A program made the translations under genes and the position numbers. A DNA stretch of 63,953 bases, filler included, from Reticulomyxa filosa (Eukaryota > Protista > Foraminifera), in the NCBI GenBank assembly GCA_000512085.1. It is 21 parts of 21 records of this genome, joined end to end, with 100 filler letters (N's around TTAATTAATTAA, not from the genome) between each part and the next. Parts side by side here need not be neighbours in the genome. Positions count along the whole stretch, not along the records: positions 9,090 to 21,683 come from ASPP01019069.1; positions 21,784 to 25,208 come from ASPP01005570.1; 19 more parts are not named here. One strand, 5' to 3'. Shown here piece after piece: positions 11,816 to 25,121 of the stretch. The notes under the pieces are model-generated. The model saw nothing but the letters and a program-made list of their open reading frames with translations. It was not told the DNA's origin and did not search any database. Within the stretch, counting starts at the first letter, position 1. The number at the start of each line of letters is the position of its first letter.

Positions 11816-13515
11816 TCATGGCAAAGTGTTCGTAACATAAGCAGTAACCATATCAAGTGCACTAACAGGCTGATCCATTGGGACCATATGTCCGGCCTCA
11901 TACACCTGTAAGAAGGTAAAATTGTATGCACTGCGTATCTTTCCTCGTTCGGTTCCGTCAGGATTCCATGGTTTATCTTGGGCATTATCAAAATCACTTT
12001 GGTAAGGCCACTGTAATTGTAATGTCCAAGCTTTGTTTCCGAGCCAATTGCAAATAAAGTCCTGTTAGATACGAATAAAACAACTGATTTGGAAACTTTT
12101 TTCCTGTGAAAGATGAAAAAAGTAATTGCATAACTTGATCTCCAGCGTAAATCAGGCCTCGAATACCACCCGCAAGCATTGGTGGAATCTTTTGTTGATA
12201 ATCTTTAACCCAATCTGCAGTGAGCGCAAGATGAGGTGCATTATTGCACGAATTCCATTTCATGTTGACTCCAAGTTCTTTTTGAACAGTTGCGTTGTTC
12301 AACCACATATCGACATTTGTAAAGTTATAACACAGATTGGAATCGCCACAAGGAATACGCAAATCGTACGGATTTACTCCAGTGACAGTAACAGGTTCAA
12401 TCTCATAAGTATTGCAATAGTCTTCGGCACTGTCACAAACGTTGTTGGTTCCCTGGGTGTTGCAATTTTGGATTTGTGATTGGCATTCAGGAATACGTTG
12501 AGTCATAAATGAATAAGTTGGGTAGCTGATAACCGTAGGAGCTGTAGTGCTGTAAACAAACACAATCATAAATACAATTAACAAAACGTATACTGTCAAC
12601 AACCAACCGAGATACCTGTTGTAAGCCATTTGAGCATAGTATGCATATTGAATGTAAGGATCTGTCAAGCCATTTCCAATGGCGAAGGCTACCAATGGGA
12701 TCTTTGGATTTCCACTTTGGTTTTCTTGAAATATTTCATACGTGATCGCAGGTACGTAATGTCCAGCATACGATTCCCCAAAAACGTAGAAGCCATTGTT
12801 GAAATACTGTGGGAAGACTTTCATAAAGTTTTGCAAAAATGCGTACATGTCTTGTGCAATTTCGACTTCCGTTGTGTCTACCAGACCAGTGCTAAAGCCA
12901 GTTCCTTTATAGAACAAAGAGAACCCCAATCAAAAAACCAAATACAATTTCAAACAAGAAAGCAAAACAGGCAAATCAAAGACAAAAGGAAAAAAACACG
13001 TTCCCACCTGGTGGCTGATCAACCCATACGACATTTGCGGCTTCAGTCCATGATGTGGTTGATAGATATGTGTCACTTGCCTGCTGGTTGACATAGCAAG
13101 GACCATTTTCCACGAGCAATGCCAACATACTGCTGCAACCAGGGCCTTTCAAGAAAACGATGAAACAACGAGAAACAAGCAAAAAAAGGCGTTGTAGGAT
13201 ATGCAGGTGAACTTTTAATTGAAAAGGGGAAACAGAAAGAAAATTAATTTATTCAATAAACGTGCCTCCAGTCAACCACATAATCAACGGGTCAGTTGAT
13301 GGACTTTTTCTTGATTCAAAAAACCAATAAAAGTACTGATGATTTTCATCAGCATCGAAATAGCCACTGTAACTATTCTTGTCACATATTTGGGGCTGGT
13401 TTACACGCAAAGAAGTTGTTCGCCAAGTCGTACCTCTATTCGCTAAATAGGTATTTTCATGAATTGTGGGAAGGCCTAAAGCAAGGCCCAAAAATGTAGC
13501 AAACAAATATAACAT
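11816..13515 (-). CDS. Serine carboxypeptidase (peptidase S10, CPY-like), secreted, multi-exon
   Basis: Signal peptide; YSGYF...YFYWFFESR...[15 protein letters not shown]; VDQP; catalytic GESYAG; YAGDQ; last exon [18 protein letters not shown]...TLP* (TGA at 11816-11818). Confidence 0.95.
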
Positions 13516-14214
13516 CTATGAATCAAAATGAAATTCAGCGAATTTTTTGCCTTTTAATTTATATATTTAAACGTTCTGTTCCCTTCAAGGGTACTTACTT
13601 TAGGAACATATCATCAAGAACAAAGCAATAAACTAGTCCAACACTGTGATGCCATATAATATTATATGATTTTTAGGCTCGAACGAAGCAATCTTTTCTT
13701 AGGAGCTACTTACAATCAATGACAGATGTGTCTAGTAAGTCATTGTTTTTCTGTGATGAAATTTATTTTCTAATTGTAAATTTCTTTGCAAGATCTTTAC
13801 CTGCTTTTTGCTATTGGCTGAAGTAGATTTCCAAATTCTCCTCTCGGTGGTCTGTTACAATTAACTTTGAGAAAGTAATATTAAATGAAAAAATAACAAG
13901 ACGAATTGAACCGAAAAAGCTCTTGTAAAGTTCCAAATTAATAAAATGTTTAAAACTAAATGAAACTTTGTCCGCTAATGTCAATTGACAGTTCTATCAT
14001 TTTCTTATTGTTTGCTTGAGAATTTTAAAGATTGTTGCCAACAAATCTCGCCATTGCACAAGATTCAAAAAAAAGAGTAAAAGTCAATGGAACTAGCAAT
14101 ATTTTGTGGTTGTCTTTATCGAAATAATATTCAATTGCGTGCACTGCTGAACATCAGATGCTTCCAAAAGAAAAACAAAAAGAAGGCGAAACCGTTGCAA
14201 AAATTTTTAGCATC

Positions 14215-14970
14215 TCACAACTTAGATTTTTCTAATGCCTGGCCCACTGTGGTCGAGTATTGTTTGATTCCTAACAAACCTGTAATAATGTCCAGTATTG
14301 CAAATATACTAAAGTTTTTCTCCACCCACTTCTTTTGGATTATGTACAAGCATAAGCAACCAAAAACCAGACGCCCAACACTTGCTCCGTACATAGCTTG
14401 CGGATTGTGCAACTCATTCATATAGTGAATACTCAAGACAATACAAAGAGCACCAACAAGACGTAAATACTGGTAAAACGATTTTTCGTTGTTTCCATAA
14501 TGATAAGGCTCGCTTACTTTCAAAAATTTTACTAATAATGACGGAGAAAATACCAGTAATGCTCCAACGATTACAAGCTCGGCAATTGCAAAGCGATGCA
14601 CAAACGTTGATGGGCTCTTGTCACCTTTAGCAGCAGCTTTTTTGCTGTTTGAAGCCACAGGGAACTCGTTTTGCAATAATGTCAATGCTTGAGCCAAAGT
14701 TACTTGATCTAAAGAAGACTTTTGCCAGAGTTGTCCCGCAAAGCTTAAGAGCGCCCGTAATTTCGCCTGGTCTTGTTCAGACAATAGCTTAATAACATCT
14801 TCCGACGTATGGATATTATTCAACTTTTGCAGTATCTTTTTAAAATTCTCGTCCATTTTAATTTTTTTTTGAAGAAGAACCCAGGGAAGCGTCCTACTCT
14901 TGCGGTTGTTTGTTGACAAGCCATCCCTTTTATTTGTGAATTGTTTTAAAGTTGAATATAATAAGCACAA
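14215..14970 (-). CDS. Hypothetical membrane protein (about 4 C-terminal TM segments)
   Basis: A 251-aa ORF whose true start may be the internal MDENF. Hydrophobic segments include FAIAELVIVGALLVF, LVGALCIVLSI and LVFGCLCLYII. Confidence 0.65.
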   Translation of the reverse strand: MCLLYSTLKQFTNKRDGLSTNNRKSRTLPWVLLQKKIKMDENFKKILQKLNNIHTSEDVIKLLSEQDQAKLRALLSFAGQLWQKSSLDQVTLAQALTLLQNEFPVASNSKKAAAKGDKSPSTFVHRFAIAELVIVGALLVFSPSLLVKFLKVSEPYHYGNNEKSFYQYLRLVGALCIVLSIHYMNELHNPQAMYGASVGRLVFGCLCLYIIQKKWVEKNFSIFAILDIITGLLGIKQYSTTVGQALEKSKL

Positions 14971-15569
14971 TAATATTTTGACATATACTGTGATGCTGAT
15001 ATCATGTCATTACACAATATTCATACAATTTAGTTTTTGTTCAAATTAATAGATAATAATGTATATTTTATTTTTGATTTGTGGAAATTTTTCAAATGAT
15101 AGAATGTTTTTTGTTTGATATTAATTCAACGTATACAATTGATGAATAAAAAATACACTTTTCAGCTGATAACTGTGTACATTTGTGTATCAACATATTT
15201 GCTATTATGTCTTTGTTAACTTGATAAAAGCAATTTTTAAATATTGTTAGGCATTGTATTTGGACAAAAACATTATATTTTAATATTTTTTGTTCATACT
15301 CTTTAGAACAGCGCTATGTGACAGCAAAAAAACAAATAAAATAATATTTTGTTAAATAGTAGTCTTTTTTGTAATGCAACGTCAGTACCTAGATCGGACT
15401 TTAAAATAATTTCGTTTATCTTATGCTGATGATAAAAATATTACTTCCTGCTTCTTTTGAAAAGCGTACAAAAGGTAGTTTTGAATTTCTTTCAAGACTT
15501 TTGAATTATTAAAAAATTTAAATTTTTTGTAACCAAATAATTTTGAACAACAAATGAAATGTGAATATT

Positions 15570-17136
15570 TTAGTTGAATTCCAAAAACAATTGTTTTTGG
15601 GATTCATTTTCAAATTTGGGGAAAAAGTCAACAGTGGCAATCTCATCAAAACCTTCAGCAGTAGTTGGTGCTCCACCTTCTCTGGCTTTTTTGTAATAAG
15701 AATTTACTCCCATCCTGCCTATTCTGGCCACAGCCCCTTCTGTTAATTTTTCTCTGTACAGATTTAAGTGATCGGCCAGTTCTCTGTTGGTAGTAAGCAT
15801 AAAACCTCGCAACTTTGCTTTATATTTTTTGGCCAAGGCAGCATAAGGTTTTCGACTGGTCGGGTCTGGGTTGGTGTTGTCGATAACTACATTTTTCCCT
15901 GCTTTCAGAGCAGCTTCAGCAGCTTTAAGACATTTGGCCTGTATTTTTAAATGCGAAGTACATAAGTTGTTTTTTTTTAATTTGGAAAAAAAAAAAGTCA
16001 AACCTGAGTGTTCAAAGTGTCTCTGTTGATCCATTCGTAGCCTTGACTGATTAAGTATCGCTTGACAAAAGTGGACTTTCCAGCAGCAGGAGGACCATGC
16101 ATAATGACGACATCCAAAGAGCCACTTCGAGCGATTGGTAAAGATCCATGAAACCATTTAGCAATCTGCTCATTTGTTTCGGATTTCTCTTCTTTCTTAC
16201 TCTCGTCATTTATGACGACCACAGGACCATGTAACTTTTCCACAGACAAGAGGAAGTCCATTGGGTCCAAGCATCCCCACTCCCATCGATCGGTTTCTTT
16301 TTGATTCAAAAAGAATGTCTCTGGCGTGTGAAATATCAACCCGCAATTTTTTGCAAATTTGCGATCGCTGCAACTAAAGTCTTTTTTGGTAGTTGCCTTG
16401 CCATCCCATTTGTCGAAGCGACCAGCTGCGTCACCAACGTATACGCTGCAAGTATAGTCGATCCCGTCGCCTTTGCTTTCCTCGGTTTTTTTGTCTTCGT
16501 TCTCTTTTGAATCACTTGACGCCATATTGTTACAATGCTTCACAAAGTATTGCCACATTTTCTTTGAAGGCTTTCGCCAATGGTCTTCGTCTTTCGAGAA
16601 GACTGCCGCCAATGGAATTCCCAGCTGTGTTCAAACAAATCATTTGTTACTTTTTTTGTAATGCTGTTACCTAACCTTTAAACACACACTTCTTTAACTT
16701 CGTCGCTGAGATCAATAATTTTTCCTGTAATGTCACTTTCTTCTTGATGTCCTTTTGAAATCCCGTTTTGGTTACTGATTATTACAATTCGAAACCCATC
16801 TGCGTACAGCTCCTTCAATTTCTTTGGAATGACATCTCCATCAAAAAACCATTTCCAATCCTGTCGATTTAGTGGAAATTTTTTTCCTGACTTTGGCTCC
16901 ACAAGTGTTGAGTCCATGTCAAATGCTGCGATTTTGGAACGTTTGTGTTCTTCATTGTTTTTTGGTGTCATTACTACTATTGTCTCGTGAGTGGTTATTT
17001 CAATGCCAAATTTATTTGACTTGTCGTCTGCTTTGATCGAACTGTCAACGCGAGCGCGTTTCTTGGAAACTTCTTCAGAACCACCTACATCATCTTTCAT
17101 CGCCTTTGCATTACGTTTGCCTCCTTTTTTCGACAT
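15570..17136 (-). CDS. PNKP: Bifunctional polynucleotide 5'-kinase/3'-phosphatase
   Basis: HAD motifs FDMDSTL, ISNQNGI, WRKP, YVGDAAGR and DFSCSDRKFA; kinase P-loop GPPAAGKST and VIDNTNP. GT-AG introns at 16698-16625 and 16003-15939 join the three ORFs in frame. Confidence 0.95.
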
Positions 17137-17562
17137 TATTTCTTAGCAGGTGACAAAAAAACAAAGAAGCAATTTCAAAAATGGAAAAGAAACGATCTCT
17201 TTTTGACTTTTAAGGAATTCCAGAACACAACCCCCAGAACGGTCGACAAGAAAGTGAGATGGAACAAAAATTTTTACTTTTTCATCAAACGGTTGGAAAA
17301 TAAATTTTGTTTTTTCACACTGATACAATTGAAATATTCAAAAACTGTCATTGTGTAATCAGTTTTGATGGCTAGTACAAGATAGACATGAAGAGTATGC
17401 AAATTCTGAAAACTGTAAATGTGTAAGGTTTTTATCAGTTACAGGTATTTTTTGGTTATACAATCTTTTGCTTATCTTTCTAGAAAAATAGTAAATTGTC
17501 CAACCAAATTGGATATAGCTTCCAGAATGATATATAAGATAGAGAAAAAAACAAAGCATCAT

Positions 17563-18487
17563 TCATAGTTTAGAAGTAGGAAATACGTGTTTCCGTATAT
17601 GAGGTGGTAAATCTGCAGGATGAAACGTATGAAAATACTCGACAACTTCCTTCAAATGTTCGTCAATGCCATCAAACCGTTGTCCCCAGTCCCAAACAGC
17701 ACATTTCATGTGCTTGGCAAAGTTTTTCCCGCAAATCTTGTCAATATATTCAAAGGCTTTTGGATGTATATTGTCTCGCGACGTGACTAGCGACAAATCC
17801 GTGCCATTTTCTTCGTTCAGTTCCCATGCAGCATTTGCCAAGTATAAATGGACATTTATTTTGTCATTTGTTTGCAATTCCTTTACAAGACTCCTCAAAT
17901 TTTTAGCTACTATCGAACTTCCGGCGATTGAAAAAATATATACCGTTAAAGGTTCACGTACCTTTTTTTTTATTTTCCCTTTTTTTTTTTTTTTTTGAAA
18001 AAAACTCACGCAACTAAACTTCATATTTGTACCGCAAATTCCGCAACCAACTCAAAACAGCCTTTAAAGTGCTCCCTGTGGCTATTGTATCCCCAATAAT
18101 CAAAGTTTGACATTTCAGCAAATTTTGTTTGCTGTAGAACGGGCTCATTGAGGATATTTCTTCGTCAAACCATACGTTGCAGTTCCACTCTTTGGTACCT
18201 GCGTTTAAATATCGCCCTGCTCGAATCTCAGCAAGATGCAATTTGGGCTCTTTTGTGTCGTACAATCGCTTCCAAGCGCTTTCGAGTCCATAATATCGGC
18301 CTCCGCGCAAAATATTTAACAAACATACCGGATGTTTGACTGTCGACAGTTGCTTCGTGTCCGAATGCAACTGCTTCAAGAAATCAACTGAAGATTGGGT
18401 TGCAAGTTCAAGTAATTCATCACCAACTAGGAATGGATTTGTTACTATTTTGAGCCCAGCCTCGCTAAAAAATATTGTTTGTTGCAT
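17563..18487 (-). CDS. Type I phosphoribosyltransferase, divergent uracil-PRTase-like
   Basis: LNILRGG and the PRPP-binding loop LIIGDTIATGSTL. A GT-AG intron at 18019-17962 joins the two ORFs. Confidence 0.7.
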
Positions 18488-20289
18488 TTTGTACTAAAAT
18501 GATCAAAAAAGGAGGCTAATAGATTGACACAAGTACTTTTTTCGACTTACAAAGTATTTTTTCATTTGAAGATATGAAAACTTAAGATGAACGAAACTAC
18601 ACTTATTGTCTAAAAAATTGTTTCAAATTAAATCTTATTGCTAAAGCTTTTATGTTCTTCACTTTATGCAAACGGATAACCAATTCTCTGAAGCTATTTT
18701 CAACACTCACCCAATGTAAAAAGAAAATCATTTACTTGATTTTTAAAATGTTTTCAGTGATAAAGTAATTTTATAATTGATTTGCATGTGCTTTTTATAT
18801 AAACAACTTTTGTCGGCTTGTAATACGTAGTTGCAAAAAATAACAAATTTGTCACTTTGCAAGAAATCGATTTCTACAGGAAAAAGGAACATTTAATATT
18901 AATTTTTAAAAATATTTGTTTTTCCATATGAAATCAATTATATTCGTAAGGTAATATTATATATTTAACATTTTTTGAAAATATTTATTTTAAGTAGTCT
19001 GTCTGAAAAATATGAACACAATTATCAACTAGAATAGTATATTAGCTAAAATGCATGCTATTATGTTTGAATAAGACTTTGTGATGCTAGAAACGATTAA
19101 AACTGTTAGTAATGTAATTATATAATAGTAATATAAAATCTAAGATCACAAAATGTAGTAAATAAGATATTTGATCAAATTGAAATTTCAAAATATCAAG
19201 AACTAGTACACAACAATTCGAAAGCAAACGTATACCAAGACACATCTTCCGAAACTGCGAAAACAAATGCAAAAGAATTTATTGAAAATAAAACTGCTTA
19301 GACTTAAAATTTTTATCAAAAACTTTTCCAAAATCAAATAACACTGACAAGGGCTTGTGGTAATGAAATAAGCAAAAAATCTTATTATATCGTGCAACAT
19401 ATGTATTCGCAAACGTGCAATATATATGTATTAAGTTTTTCTTCAGTCAAAATTTTTAATGTAAAACGAATATGTTTGCCACAAGCATTATAATTTTTAA
19501 ATTTTGTTTTATTTGAACTATTATGATTTTTAAAGCTATTTAAACTTTGTCACTACCAGTGAAATTTCTGCAGTTTTGAAAGTGTATCCACTCTTGAAAA
19601 TATTGCAAAGATTTCTTATCTATGATAGGCGCAAACAAACAGCTAAAGCAAATACAATTACGAAAACAACAAAAAAAAGTGATTTTTTTAAACATGATAA
19701 AACTAAAAATATAAGGTACATAGTGTTTGAAAAAACGTCATTTTAGTGAAATAGCAATCAAAAGCTATAGATTTGACTTTATGATTTAGGATTGTATGCA
19801 ATTAATTTAATGTGCTCAAACTTTGTATCGACTAAATATATACTTGATATCATGTCGCTCATCGTTATTTTTTTGGTTCTAAAAGTATTGCAAGTTTTCT
19901 TGATTACGTACATTTTCTACACTAAAAATCGCTATATTGCATACCAGCCAATGAAACACAAAATCAAAGAATCAGATAAAAGATCTTCAAAAGAAAATTT
20001 TTTTCAAATAAATCATGTATTTGTTTCAGCTGTCGGATTAGCAAAACTGATAGTAGTAATTTTTTTCTAAGGGAAAAGCACAGAAAAACCTTCCTTGCCC
20101 AAAAGAAAGCGTCAAAAGAAGTTGCACAATGACGTCTTTCAAGGCACCATCAGCTAATTTGCATCTAGGAGTTTTCAATAAAGAAGCATGGGACAATGGC
20201 ATAGAGAATGATGACGAACAAGAGACACCAAAAGCCAAAAAAAGTACGAAACTTCGCAAGTTTACAGGATATTTGGGCGTACTCCCTCC

Positions 20290-21683
20290 ATGTTTCAATC
20301 CAGCGAAGAGCAGCAAATATGTGGTGCCACCAACAGATCTCAATCGGATCATCCCAACGATAGCCAAGATTATTATATCGATAATTGGGACGAAACACCA
20401 AAAATGGGCGGAATAAACTGCGACGTCAGTCCGTGCAGCACCAATTACACGTCGCAAGCGTATCCAAACAATTGTAGCAGTCTTGACAACTACTGCAGTC
20501 CGTCACCAAACGCAAGTCAAAAAAGGAGAAATAGTTGCAGCAAGTCCTATTCCTTTGATTCGTTGGGAAGCAATGCCATAGCCATACCTACTCCCCGTCC
20601 TATTAGTGATATGTATGCGTATACGTATACTCACCCAATCTTTCAGCAAACGCTTGCAAGCAAAACAAGTGGAAGAAGGCAATCCGCGATAGCGCTTTCG
20701 CCACAAACGCCATACGTGTACCAGTATCCGAGTGAGCAATCTCCGCACATCCAGCCAAGTCCAGCAAGACAAGTGGATACGAATTGGCTAGCAAAGAAAC
20801 TGTCAAAAATCGACAATCAAAATTCGACCAGGAATCAAAGCGAAAATGAAAATGAAAATGAAAAGGAATCGCACCAAGCGCATCAAATAAAAAAGAAACG
20901 CTCCCTAATCAATGATTTTGGTCTGAATCACGCACTGGAATCAAAAGCAGACATATTGAGAGAAATGGACAAAATGAAAAAACGCCCACGTTTCGACATT
21001 ACATTGTTGGGATATTACAAATGCTCATTGCAAGATTTGCTCGGATTTCCCGAATTGCTGCAACGGTTGTGTATCGACAAATGGGGGAGTCATTACGTGC
21101 AACAGATATGTGAAGATAAATATACGGGAATGCAGCAGTTGGAAAGATTGGTGAAAGAGATTATTTCGCCTCACGGATTATATTTATGTCGCAACATATT
21201 TGGGAATTATGTAATTCAAAAACTGTTGGAAATCACTTGCGAGCGTACTCGTAATGAGCGTAAAACTGACAGACTATTGTGGCAACAGGTTTGTATGCCG
21301 GACAGGGATTCCACTCTCTGTGTGGCTAGTGCTGCTCCTGCCATCGTCGCCGTTGTTGATAGTCACAGCAATGCTATACGTCGTATTGGTTTTTATCTTT
21401 TAAAGCACGTGTTTGTTGGGCATGTTCGAGAACTGAGTATTAATCAATATAGTTGGCGAATTGTGCATAGAATAATCACCCAATTGCAATACCCAATCGA
21501 CGTTAAAATCACTTTTCTGCAGAAAATCTGCTCCTTCAATTGCCATAACCAAGTCGACTTGCACACTCTATGTACGCATCCGTATGGCAATCACGTGTTG
21601 CAGAAATTAATTCAAAGCGTTCCAAAGAAATGTTTGGATTGGATTGCTCCATTAATTCAAAGTTTGTTTTTACCAAAAAAAAA
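20290..21683 (+). CDS. Pumilio/PUF-repeat RNA-binding protein, 3' truncated
   Basis: PUF repeat cores DKWGSHYVQQ, NIFGNYVIQKLLE, NQYSWRIVHR and HPYGNHVLQKLI follow a low-complexity S/Q/P-rich N-terminus. Confidence 0.85.
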
Positions 21684-21897
21684 NNNNNNNNNNNNNNNNN
21701 NNNNNNNNNNNNNNNNNNNNNNNNNNNTTAATTAATTAANNNNNNNNNNNNNNNNNNNNNNNNNNNNNNNNNNNNNNNNNNNNTATATATATATATATAT
21801 GTATATACATTTATATATATATGTATATACATTTATATGTGCTACGTAATGATGTCAACGTGCTTAAAAAAAAAAAAATGAACACTATTGTATAAAG

Positions 21898-24089
21898 GTA
21901 TATTTGCTCCAAGGCGAAGACGAACAACAAAGCAGTGAAATTCCCTCGAATGAAGAGACTAGCACATTCACAGACGAAAAAGTCAAAAAGTCGTCAGGCG
22001 ATCCAAATGACTCTAAGCTTGAAAGCGACGAAGAAGACAACGATGACTTTTTGGACGAAAAAGAGCCAGAAAATGATGAATACTTTGACTCTTCGGATGA
22101 AGATGTATTTTTCCTGTCACTTTTTTTTTTTCTTTTTTTTTTTCTCTCCCCTCCCCCCCCCCCTTCCTCCCTCCCTTCTTGTTACATCTGTGCAAACAAA
22201 AAGGATGAAGAATGAAGCGAACGAACAGACAGCACAAACGCATAAAAAAAAAAAAAAAAAAAGAAAAGCGGAGCCTCCACCAACAAAAAACGGCGATTGA
22301 TAAAACATGGAAATTCGGACCAGAAGAAGTTGAAACAAGAGCAGCGCGAAAAAGAAATCCAAGAATATTACAAATACTGTTGGTGTGCCTCGCACAGTGC
22401 AGGGATTGCTTTTTCAATGTCAAGAGACTTGTACAAGGACGACAAGAATATTCTGTGGTATGTACATATATATATATATATATATGTATACATGCATATG
22501 TCCGTAATAACGAAATAAAAAACGCATGCTATAATAAATGAAAGGCTCGCAATATTGGGCGTCACAGACCAGTTCATTCATGACCGAATACCGAGGCCGA
22601 ACTATAACATGGAAATAAGCCGGTATTGCCAGGAGGTGGCGCGGTTGAAAATGACGCAGTACGGCTCTAGCCACGGCGTGACATTGCCGGTGACAATGGA
22701 CACGGAGGCGATAGTGGATTATTCCAATGACAAGATGTTGGAAAATAAAATGTTGTCTCATCGCGAAACGGGGCACATTCAGTTCAGCGAAGAGTATCGC
22801 TTTATGTTACTTCGCTTTTGGAATTTGTTTGATAGTATTTTTTATTCGCCTTATGTTGCCGCCAAACTAGGGATATGGACCGAAGGGGGAAAGGCCACGC
22901 TCAAATATTTATTCGCCAGGATGGCATTTCCCTTGGCCGAAGTCCAGCAGCCGTTTTGTAATATGAAGCGAGAGCTTAAATACAATTTTCCGGAAATGCT
23001 GAAAAAATATGCAAACGAGTACGAACTGGATGATGAAATACAGTATGGTTCGTTTACAAAGGTATTATTTTGTACTTTTGTCTGATAATGTGAGGAAAGA
23101 AAAGAGCCAATGAAAGACAAAATGAGAGGGGGGTGGGGGGGGGTTTGTTTTTGTCATTGTCATTGTCAAAAGCAACACGGCCAATTTCAATCCATTTCTG
23201 CTGCAGATATGGTGTATGCAATGACGGCAGTGTTGGAATCGGACTTTGCGGTTCACGCCGATAGTGGGATTGACCGCACTGATGCTAGTAATGCGTTGAC
23301 TGTGATTCGTCCGCCTGTGTCATCCCTCGAACATGCAAAAAAAGATGGCGAGGTTGAAAATGAGGTTTCACAAAAACATGATGAAAGCAACTCCGGTGAC
23401 ATTGATGACACGGACAAATCACTTTCCAAAGACACAGATATTGCAACACAAACTAACACCGTGTTTATCCAAAATTTTTGGAAAGCTTATGATTTAGTGA
23501 AGATTGAACATTTTTCAGACTTACAAAAAGCCATTGAAATTGCCAAAAATAGACAAAAACAAATTGTTGACATGGTGAGACTAATCTTTTCCTTCTTCAA
23601 CACTCTTAACAATTCAATTTTTTTTTCTCCTTTTGTTTTACCTGTCAAAAAAATAAAATAAAATAGGGTACACGTTTAATTGAGAGACGAGAAATTAAAT
23701 CGATGGATTTCATGCGATATTGTGTTATTGAAGGCAAAAATATCTTTCAATCTCCGATGTTGTTAGTAAAGCTGGCGTTATTCATTGTAGATGCCAGGGC
23801 AGAGCTGTCTCGTTCCAAGAGGCGTTATCAGTCAAAACCCTTTATTTTGGCTTCATTTAATGATCTGAAACACACATATACAGTTGTTGGAATTCCTCGA
23901 AAAGAGGAAGGCGCAGATGCAATGAAAAAATCTCGTTTTCACGTGGCATTCAGAGAAGCGTCACAACAGGTTTATGCACGGACTTATTTTAATAGCTTTG
24001 AAGGAAACGTTGTGGAGGTATTGAAAGATGATTTCAATAACTGGTTCCTTCATTTACACGAAAGAATGTATTCAATGATTATTGATTGA
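21898..24089 (+). CDS. CDC45: DNA replication initiation factor CDC45, multi-exon, 5' truncated
   Basis: Acidic insert; ILW/LAILGVTDQF; EEYRFMLLRFWNLFDSIFYSPYVAAKLGIWTEGG...LFARMAFPL; ISAADMVYAMTAVLE; NFWKAYD; FQSPMLLVKLALF...KPFILA. Confidence 0.93.
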
Positions 24090-24216
24090 AGAAAAAAAAA
24101 AACCACATTACATTTACCATTATATGTTCTCAAAAGCAATACTGTCAAAATTTTTTTTTATAATTTCATTTTAAAACTATTTAATGTGGGTGGAAAAGAG
24201 GTTTTTTCTTTTTTTT

Positions 24217-25121
24217 TTACTTTTTCTTCCATTTTTCTAAAACAAATGCTGCAGCCCTTTCGCCAATCATTGCAATGGGTGCTTGAGTGTTTCCAGATGT
24301 TAATGTTGGCATCACACTACCATCAGCAACGCGCAAATTTTTCACGTTCTTTACCCTCAATTGGCTATCTACTACTGCTGTTGGGTCTTTTTCTAGATCT
24401 CCCATTTTACATGTGCCAATTGGGTGGTAGCACTGTTGTTTTTTTTTTATGAGCTGTGGTAACAAAAAAGAATCAATACACACCTGGTGTAAAACAAAAC
24501 TGTGACAGAAAAACTTCGGATCATTTCTTCAACGTCGATCTCGTCAAGAGTTTCTTTTGGACTAGTTTGTTGACCATCGCAATACAAACTTTGGTCCACA
24601 TACTTTTTCTGAAATTTTGAGGTCTTCATGATGCGATCACCCATTATCACACCCTCTCTTACCACTTCTACATCTTCTTGGCTTTCAAAATAGTTCGGAA
24701 CAATCAAGGGTGCATCCATTGGATCACTGCTTTTCAAAGCAACGTATCCAACCGACTTTGGATGTAGCCCACACAATATGACAAGAACTTGATTGACACC
24801 TCCACGATATTCATGAGTGACTTCATCAACATCAAAGAGGCTGCGGTTACCACAACCAAGTTCCCATTGAACTTCTAATGTAATAAATGTTTTCAAAGTT
24901 GGCCTCAAGATTTCAAAAAAAAAAAAAAATTACTCACTTCATACACACACATAACTGGCATAATTCATAAGTCTGAGTTCAGTCATTTTTTTGTCAAAGT
25001 TTCCGCCAGTATTCCACAAATACATTTGCAAGTCCGGAACAGGCAAGTTTGCCGATTTAGCATACTTTGTTTTGATCATAACTTGTCCTTCCAATCCTTG
25101 TGTATTGAGTCGTACGTACAC
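24217..25121 (-). CDS. GMC oxidoreductase (choline dehydrogenase-like), C-terminal part
   Basis: PDLQMY; LHPKSVGYVALKSSDPMDAPLIVPNYF; YHPIGTCKMG...AVVDSQLRV..V.NLRVADGSVMPTLTSGNTQAPIAMIGERAA. Confidence 0.92.

Noticed and set aside
22212-22300. Frameshift in CDC45 at the long A run
   Set aside because: A GT-AG intron at 22105-22263 joins the exons in frame.
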